This document shows, piece by piece, positions 49,200 to 60,249 of a DNA stretch of 64,000 bases. The notes beneath the pieces were generated by a model, which was not told the origin of the DNA, searched no databases, and saw nothing but the letters and a program-made list of their open reading frames with translations. Each line of letters begins with the position of its first letter. Position 1 is the stretch's first letter. Position numbers and translations under genes: made by a program. Where the stretch lies: the NCBI RefSeq assembly GCF_020745735.1, contig NW_026867451.1, forward strand, positions 310,001 to 374,000, given 5' to 3'. Origin of the DNA: Hemiscyllium ocellatum (Eukaryota).

Positions 49200-50040
49200 T
49201 CAATCCTCATTTAATCCTCCTTTCCTTTGGCTTTCTGAGCCGCTGACTACATCACTGATATTCTCCCTCCCATTCCCTGACCTGAATCTGACCCATCGAA
49301 GCCTACACTTTAGTTCCCATCCCCCTGCCAGGTTAGTTACAACCTCACCAATGAAACTAGCATGGGCCCTCATGAAGAGATTTCTCCCAGCTCTGCCCAG
49401 GGGTAACCAGTCAGGCTGGTATAGGTCCCACCTAACCCAGAAACAGTCCCAGTGCCTGAAGAATCTAAACCATTCTCTGGTACACCATTTGCCCAGCCAC
49501 ACATCCAGCTGATCCATCCTCTTATTCCTGCTCTCACGAGCACATGGCACTTTCCTCCCATTCTGTGCAGCACAGCTCTCTGTGGTATCATGACCCTGGT
49601 TGTTGCTGATTTCCCCTGAGAGACCACCCCACCCATAACCCCCCATAACAGAATCCCAAGCGGGATACGGTATCTGTTTGGGAAGGGGATGACCACTGAG
49701 GACTCCTGCACTCCCTTCCTGAGCCTTTTGCTTGATCTGATGGTGACCCATTCCCTTTCTGCCTGTGTAACCCTCACCTGCAGTGTGACTAACTCACTAA
49801 ACATGCTGTCCAAAACATTCTCAGGATTGCAGATGCTCCAGTGAGTCCACTCACAGCTCCAGGTCTGAAAAGCAGTTTCCCAGTAACACTTCCTGCACAG
49901 AGAGCCGTCAGGGAGACTGGAAGTGCCCCTTATTTCCCACATTGTACAAGAGGAGCACAGCACAGTCTGAGGGCTCCTGTCACAACATCTCCCTAGATTC
50001 ATCCAGTTACTCCCAGAGTGGAGCCAAACCCTCCCAGTCC
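49200..50040 (-). mobile_element. CR1-type ORF1/5' region remnant
   Basis: VLCSSCTMWEIRGTSSLPDGSLCRKC (CxxC...CxxC) followed by decayed esterase-like ORF1 sequence. Confidence 0.65.
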
Positions 50041-50589
50041 ACGTTTCATCCGGTTTCTGCTGCAACATTCCCCTTTCCCGTTTCCTCCTCCTGCAAACAC
50101 CAAGGGTCCAGTGACCCTTCCTCAGAACCGATGACAGCTGGGAAATTAGAATCCCGACAGTGTGGAAACTGGCCCTTCGGCCCAACAATTCCACACCCAC
50201 CCTCTGAAGTTTATCCCACACAGACCCATTTCCCCGGACTAATGCACATCCCTGAACACTTTGGGAAATTTAGCTGGGCCAATTCACCGAACCTGCACAT
50301 CTTTGGACTGCAGGAGATAGGGGTTAAAGAGTAAATAATAGGTGGGGACAGAGCCCAAAGAGAGACAGGAACATTTGGAAAGACAAAGGAGTGGATAACG
50401 ATCTGGCTGGGAGGGTGCATAGCTGTTAATGGAGGGGACAGGAACCTGTGTCTGGCAGCATCTCAGTGGAGGTGCTGGAAATGGTGGCTGATGATCTACG
50501 TTCTGCTGCAAAAAAGACGCTGAGCTTCCAGTTGCTCGCCACTTTAACTCACGAGTCTGTTCCCTGGCCAACAACTCTGTCTCATGCTT

Positions 50590-51660
50590 ACTGCAGTGTT
50601 CCAGTGAAGCTTGATGCAAGCTGGCAGAACACTCCAGAACATACCAAATGGCCTCCAATTTCAAGGACTGCAATTTCCCCTCCCATTTGGTCATCAATAC
50701 CCTCCAGTGTATCTCCTCCACTTCCTGCATCTCTGCTCTTGAACCCCAACACCTCCAACTGCAACAAGGATGGAATCCCCCTGGTCCTCACCTTCCACCC
50801 AGATACAACACATCATCCTCCACCATTTCCACCACCTACAATCACACCCCACCAGAGATATATTTCCCTCCTCACCCTTTTCAGCATTCCACAGAGACCA
50901 TTCTCTCTGACACTCCCTCATTAGATCGAGGCTCCCCACCAACCCATCCTCCACTCCCAGCACCTTCGCTTGCCACTGCAAGAAGTGCCCACACCTTCCC
51001 CTCACCTCCTTCCAAGGCACCACAGGATCCTCCCACATCCAACAGAGATTTCCCTGCCCATCCAAACACCTCATCTATTGTGTCCGTTGCTCTCTATGTG
51101 GTCTCCTCTACACTGGGGAGTGAGGACGCCAACTTGTGGAATATATCATGGAACATTTCTGGGACACATGCACCAACCAAATCCACCGCCCTGTGGCCGA
51201 CCACATCAGCTACCCCCCCCCTCCGCCACCACGCTGCCAAGGACATGCAAGTCTCAGATGTCCTCCACCCCCAAATTTGAGCCACCCGAGGCCTGGAGGA
51301 ACAATACCTCATCGTTCACCTTGGGACCTTTCAACCACACGGCATCAATGTTTCCTCGTCTCCCCTCACCCACCTTATCCCAGATTCAAGCCTCCAACTC
51401 TGCACTAGCCTCTTGAATTGTCCCACCTGTCCATCTTCCTTTCCAATTATCCACTATATCCCCTCACCACTACCCCTCCATCTACATCTACCTGTTGCCT
51501 TCCTAACTCCCTTCCCCCAACCGCACATACCCCTCCCTATTTATCTCTCAGCCCTCTTCCCCCACCACCCATATTTCTGATGAAGTGCTTATATGCCCAA
51601 TACGTCGATTCTCCTGTTCTTTGGATGCTGCCTGACCTGCTGTGCTTTTCCAGCGCCACA
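50590..51660 (+). mobile_element. Penelope-like element 3' half (degenerate)
   Basis: MASNFKDCNFPSHLV...IPLVLTFHP and FSCPSKHLIYC remnants, plus a terminal arm with a degenerate hammerhead at ~51577-51605. Confidence 0.82.
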
Positions 51661-51814
51661 ATTTAAAGCAAGCTCGAAAAACAACACCTCATCTTCCACT
51701 CGGGGACCCTGCAATCCTCTGGCTTCAACATCGAATTCAATAATTTTATGTCCTGAACGCTCCCACGTCCTAGTTTCTTTGCCCCCTACCCCACATACCA
51801 GGCCTTGTTATTAT

Positions 51815-52362
51815 GTAGGAGAAAGTGAGTACTGCAGATGCTGGAGATCAGAGCTGAAAATGTGTTGCTGGAAAAACGCAGCAGGTCAGGCAGCATCCAA
51901 GGAGCAGGAGAATCGACGTTTCGGGCATGAGCCCTTCTTCAGGAACGAGGAAGATGTGCCAAGCAGGCTAAGATAAAAGGTAGGGAGGAAGGACGTGGGG
52001 GAGGGGCATTGGAAATGCGATAGGTGGAAGGAGGTCAAGGTGAGGGTGATAGACTGGAGTGGAGGTGGGGGCGGAGAGGTCAGAAGAAGATTGCAGGTTA
52101 GGAAGGTGGTGCTGAGTTCGAGGGTTGGGACTGAGACAAGGTAGGGGGAGGGGAAATGAGGAAACTGGAGAAATATGAGTTCAACCCTTGTGGTTGGAGG
52201 GTTCCTAGGCGGAAGATAAGGCGCTCTTCCTCCAGCCGTCGTGTTGCTATGGTCTGGCGATGAAGGAGTCCAAGCACCTGCATGTCCTTGGTGGAATGGG
52301 AGGGGGAGTTGAAGTGTTGAGCCACGGGGGGGATTGGGTTGGTTGGTCCGGGTGTCCAGAGG
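51815..52362 (-). mobile_element. Penelope-like element 3' fragment with intact hammerhead motif
   Basis: HFNSPSHSTKDMQVLGLL...RRLEEERLIFRLGTLQPQGLN. Motif on the minus strand at 51915-51942. Possible TATTAT TSD at 51809-51814 and 52363-52368. Confidence 0.88.
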
Positions 52363-52869
52363 TATTATTACATAGCCTGCCATTACACAGTACCTATGGT
52401 TAGCCACTAACAGTCGCTATAAACAGCTATTCACCCTCCCCCAGCGAGATTGTTATCCACTCCTTTGTCCAACTGCTCCTATCTCTCTCTTTGGAATTTA
52501 TCCCCACCTATCATTTACTCTCTAACCCCTACCTTCTACATATAAACCGACATTTTTTTCTCATTAACATCAGGTAGGGTCACCAGATCCAAAATGTGAA
52601 CTGATTTCTCTTCACAGATGCTGTCAGATTTGCTGAGTTTTTCCAGTACCTTCTGGTTGTTGGGTGTGATTTACAGCATCCGCAGTTCTTTTGGTTTTAA
52701 TTTACCCGGAATACCTATTCCAGGTCTAGCAGACTGAAACAGTGTTTATCAACCCTCCCAATCCACACTAACTCCACCTCTCTCCCAGTCTCTGCTGTCT
52801 CTTCCTGTCCCTTCACACTCACTGAGACCCCTCCCCAGCCCCCCACTCCACCCCCACCCCTCCCCTTTC

Positions 52870-53067
52870 ACAGTGCCAGTGATCCGGGTTCAATTCCTGC
52901 CTCAGGCAATTGTCTGTGTGGAGTTTGCACATTCTCCCCGTGTCTGCGTGGGTTTCCTCCGGGTGCTCCGGTTTCCTCCCACAGTTCAAAAATATGCAGG
53001 TTAGGTGAATTGGCCATGTTAAATTGCCCACAGTGTTAGGTGAAGGGGTAAATGTAGGGGGGTGGGT
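52870..53067 (+). mobile_element. HE1-like SINE, truncated and fused to a PLE arm
   Basis: gggttcaattcc B box and body, ending abruptly at gggtgggt|tgaagggctctgg. Confidence 0.8.
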
Positions 53068-53793
53068 TGAAGGGCTCTGGCCCGAAACGTCGAATTTCCT
53101 GTTCCTTGGATGCTGCCTAACCTGCTGTGCTTTAACCAGCAACACATAACTTGACAAGTGTCCATATTAGAGCGGATGGAGTACTGGATGTCTTAAAATG
53201 CATAAAGGTGGATATATCACTGGGACATGCTCAGGTGTAACCCAGAACTTCGTGGGAATCTAGGGAAGTGTTTGATGGACCCTTCGCTGAGATATTTGTG
53301 ATATTGATAGTCACAGGTGAGGTGCTGGAAGATGGGCTCCATTATTTGAGAAAGGTGGGAAGGAAAGGCCACTTCCCACTGATTAGGGAGAGGTAGCATG
53401 GCTTTGTGCATGGAAGTCACGAACTTGAACTTCAGTCAGACAAACTTCTACATAACAGACTGGTTAGCAAGTTCAACACTGTAGAATACAGGGAGAACTA
53501 GCTATTAGGATACAGAATTGTTTAGAAGGTCATAGAGTCATAGAGATGCATAACATGGAAACAGACCCTTCAGTCCATTCCGTCCATGCCAACCACTTAC
53601 CCCAGCCCAATCTAGTCCAAACTGCCAGCACCCAGCCCATATCCATCCAAACCTCCCTATTGACATACCCATCCAGATGGATTTTCAATGTTGCAATTGT
53701 ACCAGTCTCCACCACATCTTCTGATAGCTCATTCCATGCACGCAACACCCTCTGCATGAAAATGTTGCCCTTCAGGTCTCTCTCATATCTTTC

Positions 53794-53821
53794 CTGATGA
53801 AGGGCTCTGGCCCGAAACGTC
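53794..53821 (+). ncRNA. Minimal type I hammerhead ribozyme motif (PLE-associated, palindromic helix III)
   Basis: TTC-CTGATGA-A-GGGC-TCTG-GCCC-GAAA-CGTC-GAA. All core nucleotides are present, with a 4-bp helix II, 3-bp helix I and self-complementary ACGU. Activity is untested. Confidence 0.65.
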
Positions 53822-54409
53822 GAATTTCCTGTTCCTTGAATGCTGCCTAACCTGCTGTGCTTTAACCAGCAACACATTTTCAGCTCTGATCTCCAGCATC
53901 TGCAGACCTCACTTTTTACTTGTCAAGTTATCACTATTTATTTCTCCAAACATAAAAGCTGCCACATCCCCTTTCAGTAAAAGAATCTCACGTAGAATCT
54001 CTCCCACCTCTTGAGGTTCCACAGACAGCATTGATGATTTTTGCAGGTACCTATTCTCTGCCTGGTTACTCATTTGTCCTTAGTGTATTTGTAAAATTGC
54101 TTTGGATTCTCCTCAAACTTATTTCCTAAACCTATCTCATGCCCCCTTTTTGCTCTCCGGGTTTACCTCCAGTCTACTCCTACTGCCCTTATACCCCTCT
54201 AGGGTGTCACACAAACCCAGCTGTCTGTACCTGCCATATGCCTCCTTCATTTTCTTGACCAGGCCCTCAATTTCTTTCGACAGGCAGCATTCTCTACACC
54301 GACCAGCCTTGGCCTTAACAGGAACATACTGTCTATGTACTCTCATTGTCACAGGCCTATGGAGGCAATGGCAGATGAGGGCAGAGAAGCAATCATTCTC
54401 AGTACAGAC

Positions 54410-55680
54410 CTAATATTGTGAAAGGTAACAGCCTAAAGGTAGATGGGTCTCCTGGCCCTGATGGAATGCATCCCAGGGACTAAAAGAGATGGTGGGGTTC
54501 GGGGGGGAACACAACAAGCGCACTGAACAAGGGGGAACAAGTGGATGTGGTGCATCTGGATTTCCAGAAGGTATTCAACAAGTTACCAAACAAAAGACTG
54601 CTGTATAAGGTAAAGGCTGCACAGCATTATGGGTAATGCATTGGCATGGATGGAGGATTGGTTAGTGAAAACAAATAAAGAATGGGGATAAATGAGTGTT
54701 TGGGTTAGTGTTGGCACTACAACTGTTTCCCATTTACACAAATGTTTTGGAGTTGAGGACCAAGTGTACGATGTCAGAGTTCACATTTGACATTAAGATG
54801 AGGTAGAGCAATGTGTGCAGAGACCGCTATCAGTCTGCACAGGGATACATAAAGGTTAAGTGAGTGGGTAAGGGTCTGGCAGATGGGGTATAATGTTGAG
54901 GAACGTGAGGCCATTCATTTTGGTCAGACTAACAGCAAATTGGATGATTAAAATATTGAAAACTTGCAGCATGCTGCTGTGCAGAGGGAGCTGGGTGTCC
55001 CTGTGCATGAATCACAGGAAGTTGGTTTGCAGGTGCAGCAGGTAATTAAGGCAGTGAAGGGAATATTGTCCTTCATTGCTAGAGGGATGGTTATGCTGCA
55101 ACTGTACAGGGTGCTGGGGAGGCCACACCAGGAGTACTGTGTACAGGTTTGGTCTCCTTACTTCAGGAAGGATGTACTGACACTGGAGGGGGTGCAGAGG
55201 AGGGTCAATAGTTTGAGTCAGGAGTTGAGAGGGTTGGTGTATGTGGAGAGATTGAGCAGTCTGGGACTATACTCTTTGGAATTTAGAAGAATGGGAGGTT
55301 GGATAGGAAAAATAAAATTATGAAAAGAATAGATAAGATAGAAGCAGGGAGGTTATTTCCACTGGGGGTGGGTGAAACTCGAGGGCATAGCGTCAAAATA
55401 AGGGGGAGCAGATTTAGGACTGAGTTCAGGAGGAACTTCTTCAGCTAAAGGGTTGTGAGTCTGTGGAATTCCCTGCTGAGTGAAGCAGTTGTGCTTTCAT
55501 CTTGAATGCCTTTAAGGCAAAAGGTAGATTTGTGAACAAGAAAGGAATTAAGGGTGATGGTGAGACAGCAGGAAGGTGGAGCTGAGACCATGAAAAGATC
55601 AGCCCTGATCTTTTTGAATGGCAGAGCAGGCTTGAGGGGCCAGATGGCCTACTCCTGCTCCTCTTCCTTATGTTCTTATG
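54410..55680 (+). mobile_element. CR1-type LINE RT to 3' end
   Basis: DVVHLDFQK.F.K, QRELGV.VHES..V.LQVQQVIK..GILSFIARG, PH.EYCVQ.WSPY, ending in a ttcttatgttcttatgttc tail. Confidence 0.85.
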
Positions 55681-55914
55681 TTCCCATTTTCCAGCCATCC
55701 CTTTACCTGGGAATAGACTCCCGCAAACTAATTTTGAAAGTTCTTGCCTCATGCCATTAAAATTGGCCTTTGTCCAAATTAGAACATTAACTTTTACATT
55801 TGGTCTATTCTTTTCTAAAGCCAGTTTAAAACGAGTAGAATTATCAGATAATCCAATCGGCTCATCACATCCACACTGACCCTCAGAGCCTCCTACCCTA
55901 CCCCTGTAACATTG

Positions 55915-56550
55915 CATATCCCATGGCCAATCCACCCAACCTATACATCCCTGAACACTATGGGCAATTCAACCTGGATAATCCACCTAACCTGCACATC
56001 CCTGAACACAATGGACAATTCTGCCTGGATAATCCACCCAACCTGCACATCCCTGAACACTGTGGGCAATTCAGCCTGGATAATCCACCCAACCTGCACA
56101 TCCCTGAACACTATGGGCAATTCATCCTGGACAACCCACCCAACCTGCGCATTCCTGAACACTATGGGCAATTCAGCCTGGATAATCCACCCAACCTGCG
56201 CATCCCTGAATACAATGGACAATTCTGCCTGGATAATCCACCCAACCTGCACATCCCTGAACACTGTGGGCAATTCAGCCTGGATAATCCACCCAACCTG
56301 CACATCCCTGAACACTATGGGCAATTCATCCTGGACAACCCACCCAACCTGCACATCCCTGAACACTGTGGGCAATTCAGCCTGGATAACCCACCCAACC
56401 TGCACATCCCTGAACACTGTGGGCAATTCAGCCTGGATAATCCACCCAACCTGCACATCCCTGAACATTATGAGCAATTCAGCCTGGATAATCCACCTAA
56501 CCTGCACATCTTTGGAAACCAGAGCACCTGGACGAAACCCACGCAGACAA
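55915..56550 (-). repeat. 51-bp tandem array (11 full units plus a partial) amplified from the interior of a HE1-like SINE
   Basis: Unit ggcaattcagcctggataatccacccaacctgcacatccctgaacactgtg. The array runs into SINE body sequence (atctttgg...gaaacccacgcagaca). Confidence 0.9.
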
Positions 56551-56569
56551 CCCCAATAAGGTGATCATC

Positions 56570-58260
56570 CCTCTCTTATCTCCGTTCTATCCAAATAACT
56601 TCACTGGGCGTACTCCCAGGAATATCCTCCTGGAAGCACAACCATAATGCTATCCCTAATCAAAAACTCCACTCCTCCTTCTCCTCTCTTGTCCCCCATT
56701 CTATCCTTCATATACCATCTATACCATGGAACACTAAGCTGCTAGTCCAATCCATCCCTGAGCCACCTTTCTGTAATACCCATGATATCCCAGTCCCATG
56801 TTCAAAACCATACCCTGAGTTCATCTGCCTTCCCTGTCAGGCCTCTTCCATTGACGTCAATGCAGTGTCACTGCTCAGTCCCACCTTATTCTGTGCCTTG
56901 CACTTGACTGCTTGACTTCTGAACTGTACCAGCCTCAGATTTACCTCTTTTCTCACTATCTATTTGGGTTTACCCCTGACTCCCTCACTGGTTTAATGCT
57001 TCCCAAGTATCACTAGCAAGTCTCCCTGCCTAGATATTAGACACCTTCCAATTCAGGGACAGTCCATCCTTATGCAGTTCAACTCTACCCCAGAGGAGAT
57101 TACAATGATCCAAAAATGTGAATCCTTCTCCCCTGCACCGGCTCGTTAGCCACTCATCCAGCACCACCTCCTCTGTAATATGGACATTTTTCAAGATGTC
57201 ACCATCTATTTCCCCACAATCCCTATCACCCATGTCCTTCTCCACAGTAAACACGATTGCAAAATACTCGTTTAGTATCTCCCCCGTTGTCTGCAGCTCC
57301 ACAGATAGGCTGCCTTGCTGATCTTTGATTTACTGTATTCTCTCTCTGGATGGTCTTTTGTTCTGAACATAATTATAAAAGCCCTTTGGCTTATCCTTAA
57401 CCCTACTTGCCAAAGCTATCTCCTGTCCCTTTTTTGCCCTCCTGATTTCCCTCTTAAGTACACTCCTACTGCCTTTATACTCAAAGACTTTATTGGATTT
57501 TTGGATTGGAATAATTTCAAAATATTACATCTTGATAAAACAAACGAGGGCAGGACTTACACTAATTAAAAGTAGGGCCTAGTGTAGTGATATGAAACAA
57601 AGAGACCGAGGGGTTCAGTCTTTTGAAGCCTGTGTCAGGTGTAGACAGGATGATTCAGAAGGTGGTTAGCACACTTACCTTCATTGTTCAGACCTTTGAG
57701 TAGAGGGAGTTGCTTTGTTGAGGTTGTACAGGATGTTAGTGAGGCCTCTTCTGGAATACTGTGCCCAGTTCTGGTTGTGCTGTTATAGGAAGGCTATTAT
57801 TAAATTGGAGTAGATTCAGAAGAGATTTACCAGGGTGGTGATGGGAATGGAAGGATTGTGTAATAAGGAGAGGCTGAGACATTTTGCACTGCAGCGTAGG
57901 AAGTTCAGGGGTGACCTTATTAGATGTTTATAAATTCATCAAGAGTATGGATAAGGTGAATGGCCAGGGGAGAAGGGAATTCAAGACTCGGGTGCATACA
58001 TTTTGAGAAGAGATGAGAAAGGTTTGAAAAAGAGACATTAGGGATGTTTTAATTTTGATCCATATGGAATGAACTTCCAGAGGAAGTGGTAGCTGTGAAT
58101 ACAATTATAGCATTTAAAAGACATTTGGATCAGTACATTAATAGGAAATACTTGGATGAATGTGGACCAAGCAGAGACAGGTGCGATTAGTTCAGTTTGG
58201 AATTATGGCCGACATGGATTGGTTAGACCACAGGGTCTGTATCCTCGCTATCTCTGTGAA
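56570..58260. mobile_element. CR1-type fragments (minus 56570-57500, plus 57500-58260)
   Basis: EILNEYFA.VFTVEKD remnant on the minus strand; CR1 3' sequence on the plus strand. Confidence 0.65.
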
Positions 58261-59082
58261 TGCCTTCATCCTCACAACTCTCCCAATCACTATCACCTCA
58301 TCCATCCTCACAACTCTTCCTTCTCTCGATAATTCCTCTGCAGCATCAGAACACTCCCTATCTCTAATCTCCTCCAGTTTCTCAAACCTCTGCTATATGT
58401 GCCTTTCCTTAATTCCAGTGTTGAGGATACCCTCATTCACTCTGATTGGTTGGAGGACAAACTGGCATTGCCTGGTCCTCCAGTCTCACCCTCTGCCCCC
58501 TGTTGGCTTGCACTGACATCAATCACTGCACAGACCATTCTCTGCTTTTGCTGCTGTTCATCAGGTACAAGAGAGAGGGTTCATTCCTGTTCCTCCCAAT
58601 GTCAGACATTAACAACAAATACCTGCATTGTATGGAGCTGTTCACATTGACAAATCTCCCTAAAGTGCTTCACGAATGATGGAAACATTGATTAAACAGA
58701 ACTATTTTCAGATACAAATTAAAGGAGGACAGAGAGGGTTAGGGAGAATATTCCAGAGGAATGTGTCCTCGGTGGCTCCAATCGTGGATTGATGTCGGTG
58801 GGGAACAACTTACAATGGAGACAGTTAGTGGCTAAACGTAGGTTAACAATCCCATGCCCTAAGGCCCTATCCACACACCAGGCCTTGATCTCACAGCCTG
58901 TCATTACAAATTACCTATGGTTAGCCCTAACAGTCCCAATTAACAGTATTCACCCTCCCAGCCTGATAGTTATCTAATCCTTTATCATTTCCCTGGGGCA
59001 GGCTACTTCGATGTCACTTTCAGGAGCGTGAAGCAATGCGAAGGTCTTCAAGGAAAAGGAGGGGGAGCCGCTGTTCTCCATC

Positions 59083-59600
59083 TTGTCGGGGGTCCCGCTG
59101 TGTGTGCTCCCTGCACAGAGGAGTCAGGTTGTCACGATCCACATGTACAACCCCCATGTTCCAGCAACCGATGTCCTGATGTTCCTGAGGAGATATGTGC
59201 AGGTTGAAGGGGAAAGCACTGACGTGGTTGATCCTTTCGGGATCTGGACCAGCAAACGACAGGTCAAGGTAACCCTGAGGGTTGATGCCAGCGGGATCAT
59301 CCCCCACCCACCCTCCAGCTTTGCTATTGGAGGGAGCAGAGAGTACCTGACTTATGCAGGGCAGCCGAAAGTGTGCCGACCCTGTGGGAGGTCAGGCCAC
59401 ATGGCGGCAGACTGCAAGGTCACGATCTGTCGGAACTGCAAGGAGGAGGGCCACCCGACCAAAGAATGCAAGGAGGCAAAAAACTGCAATCTGTGCGGGG
59501 AGGCGGGCCACGTGTACAAGGCCTGCCCAAGACGTGGGGCCGCCACCTCCGCACAGATGGCCGGGGGGTGGGCCACAAACCAGCAAGGGAACGGTGTCTG
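59083..59600 (+). pseudogene. Tx1-like ORF1 (gag-like zinc-knuckle protein) remnant
   Basis: VTIHMYNPHVPATDV..FLRRYV...DPFGIWTSKRQVKV.L...YAGQPKVC followed by three CCHC motifs; frameshifted downstream. Confidence 0.85.
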
Positions 59601-60249
59601 GGGGCACGCAAAAAGAAGGACAGGCCGGAGCAGAGCAGACGCCAGCTACTGGAGAGGGACAGCTGCTGAGCAAAGCTCCGACAGGACGGGCGGAGGAGGA
59701 GGAGAAGGGAAAGGAGGAGGCAGAGGAATGGATCCTGGTGCAAAACAAGAGGAGGGAAACCCACCCAGCTGCCAAAACCTCCCAGAAAAAGGGGAAAAGG
59801 CAGCTGCATGGGGAAGACATGGACAGCTCTTCGGAGGGTGAGGACAGGCGTAAGGAGGGTCGTCACCAAAAGAAGAGGCAGAGTGCTGCGGGGAGAAAGG
59901 ACAGCAGAAAACTGCCAACCAAGGGACGTACCTCCTGAGGCAATGGGAAGCTACCACCCCCCACCAGGTAAAAGCCAGGAGGGGCCCACTGCCACACAGC
60001 TCCAGGTCACTGGGAGCAGCGACCCTCTGACAGCCCTGCTGTCAGATATAGAAGCAGACAGCGTGGACCCTGGTCACAGCCCGATGACACCGGAGCGGAA
60101 AAACGGACCGAGTGAGGAGCTGGACAGCTACCTCAGCCCTGCGAGGGTCCAGCAGTTCGTGTTCTGCATGGGATGCAGACAGCTACCCCAGAGGGGCAGG
60201 ACTGGCTGCAATTGGACACGGGTAACCTCACAACTTGTTAAAAGAAATG

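Noticed and set aside
55912-56564. 213-215 aa repeat proteins
   Set aside because: A by-product of a stop-free 51-bp unit derived from a SINE. No splice or promoter evidence.
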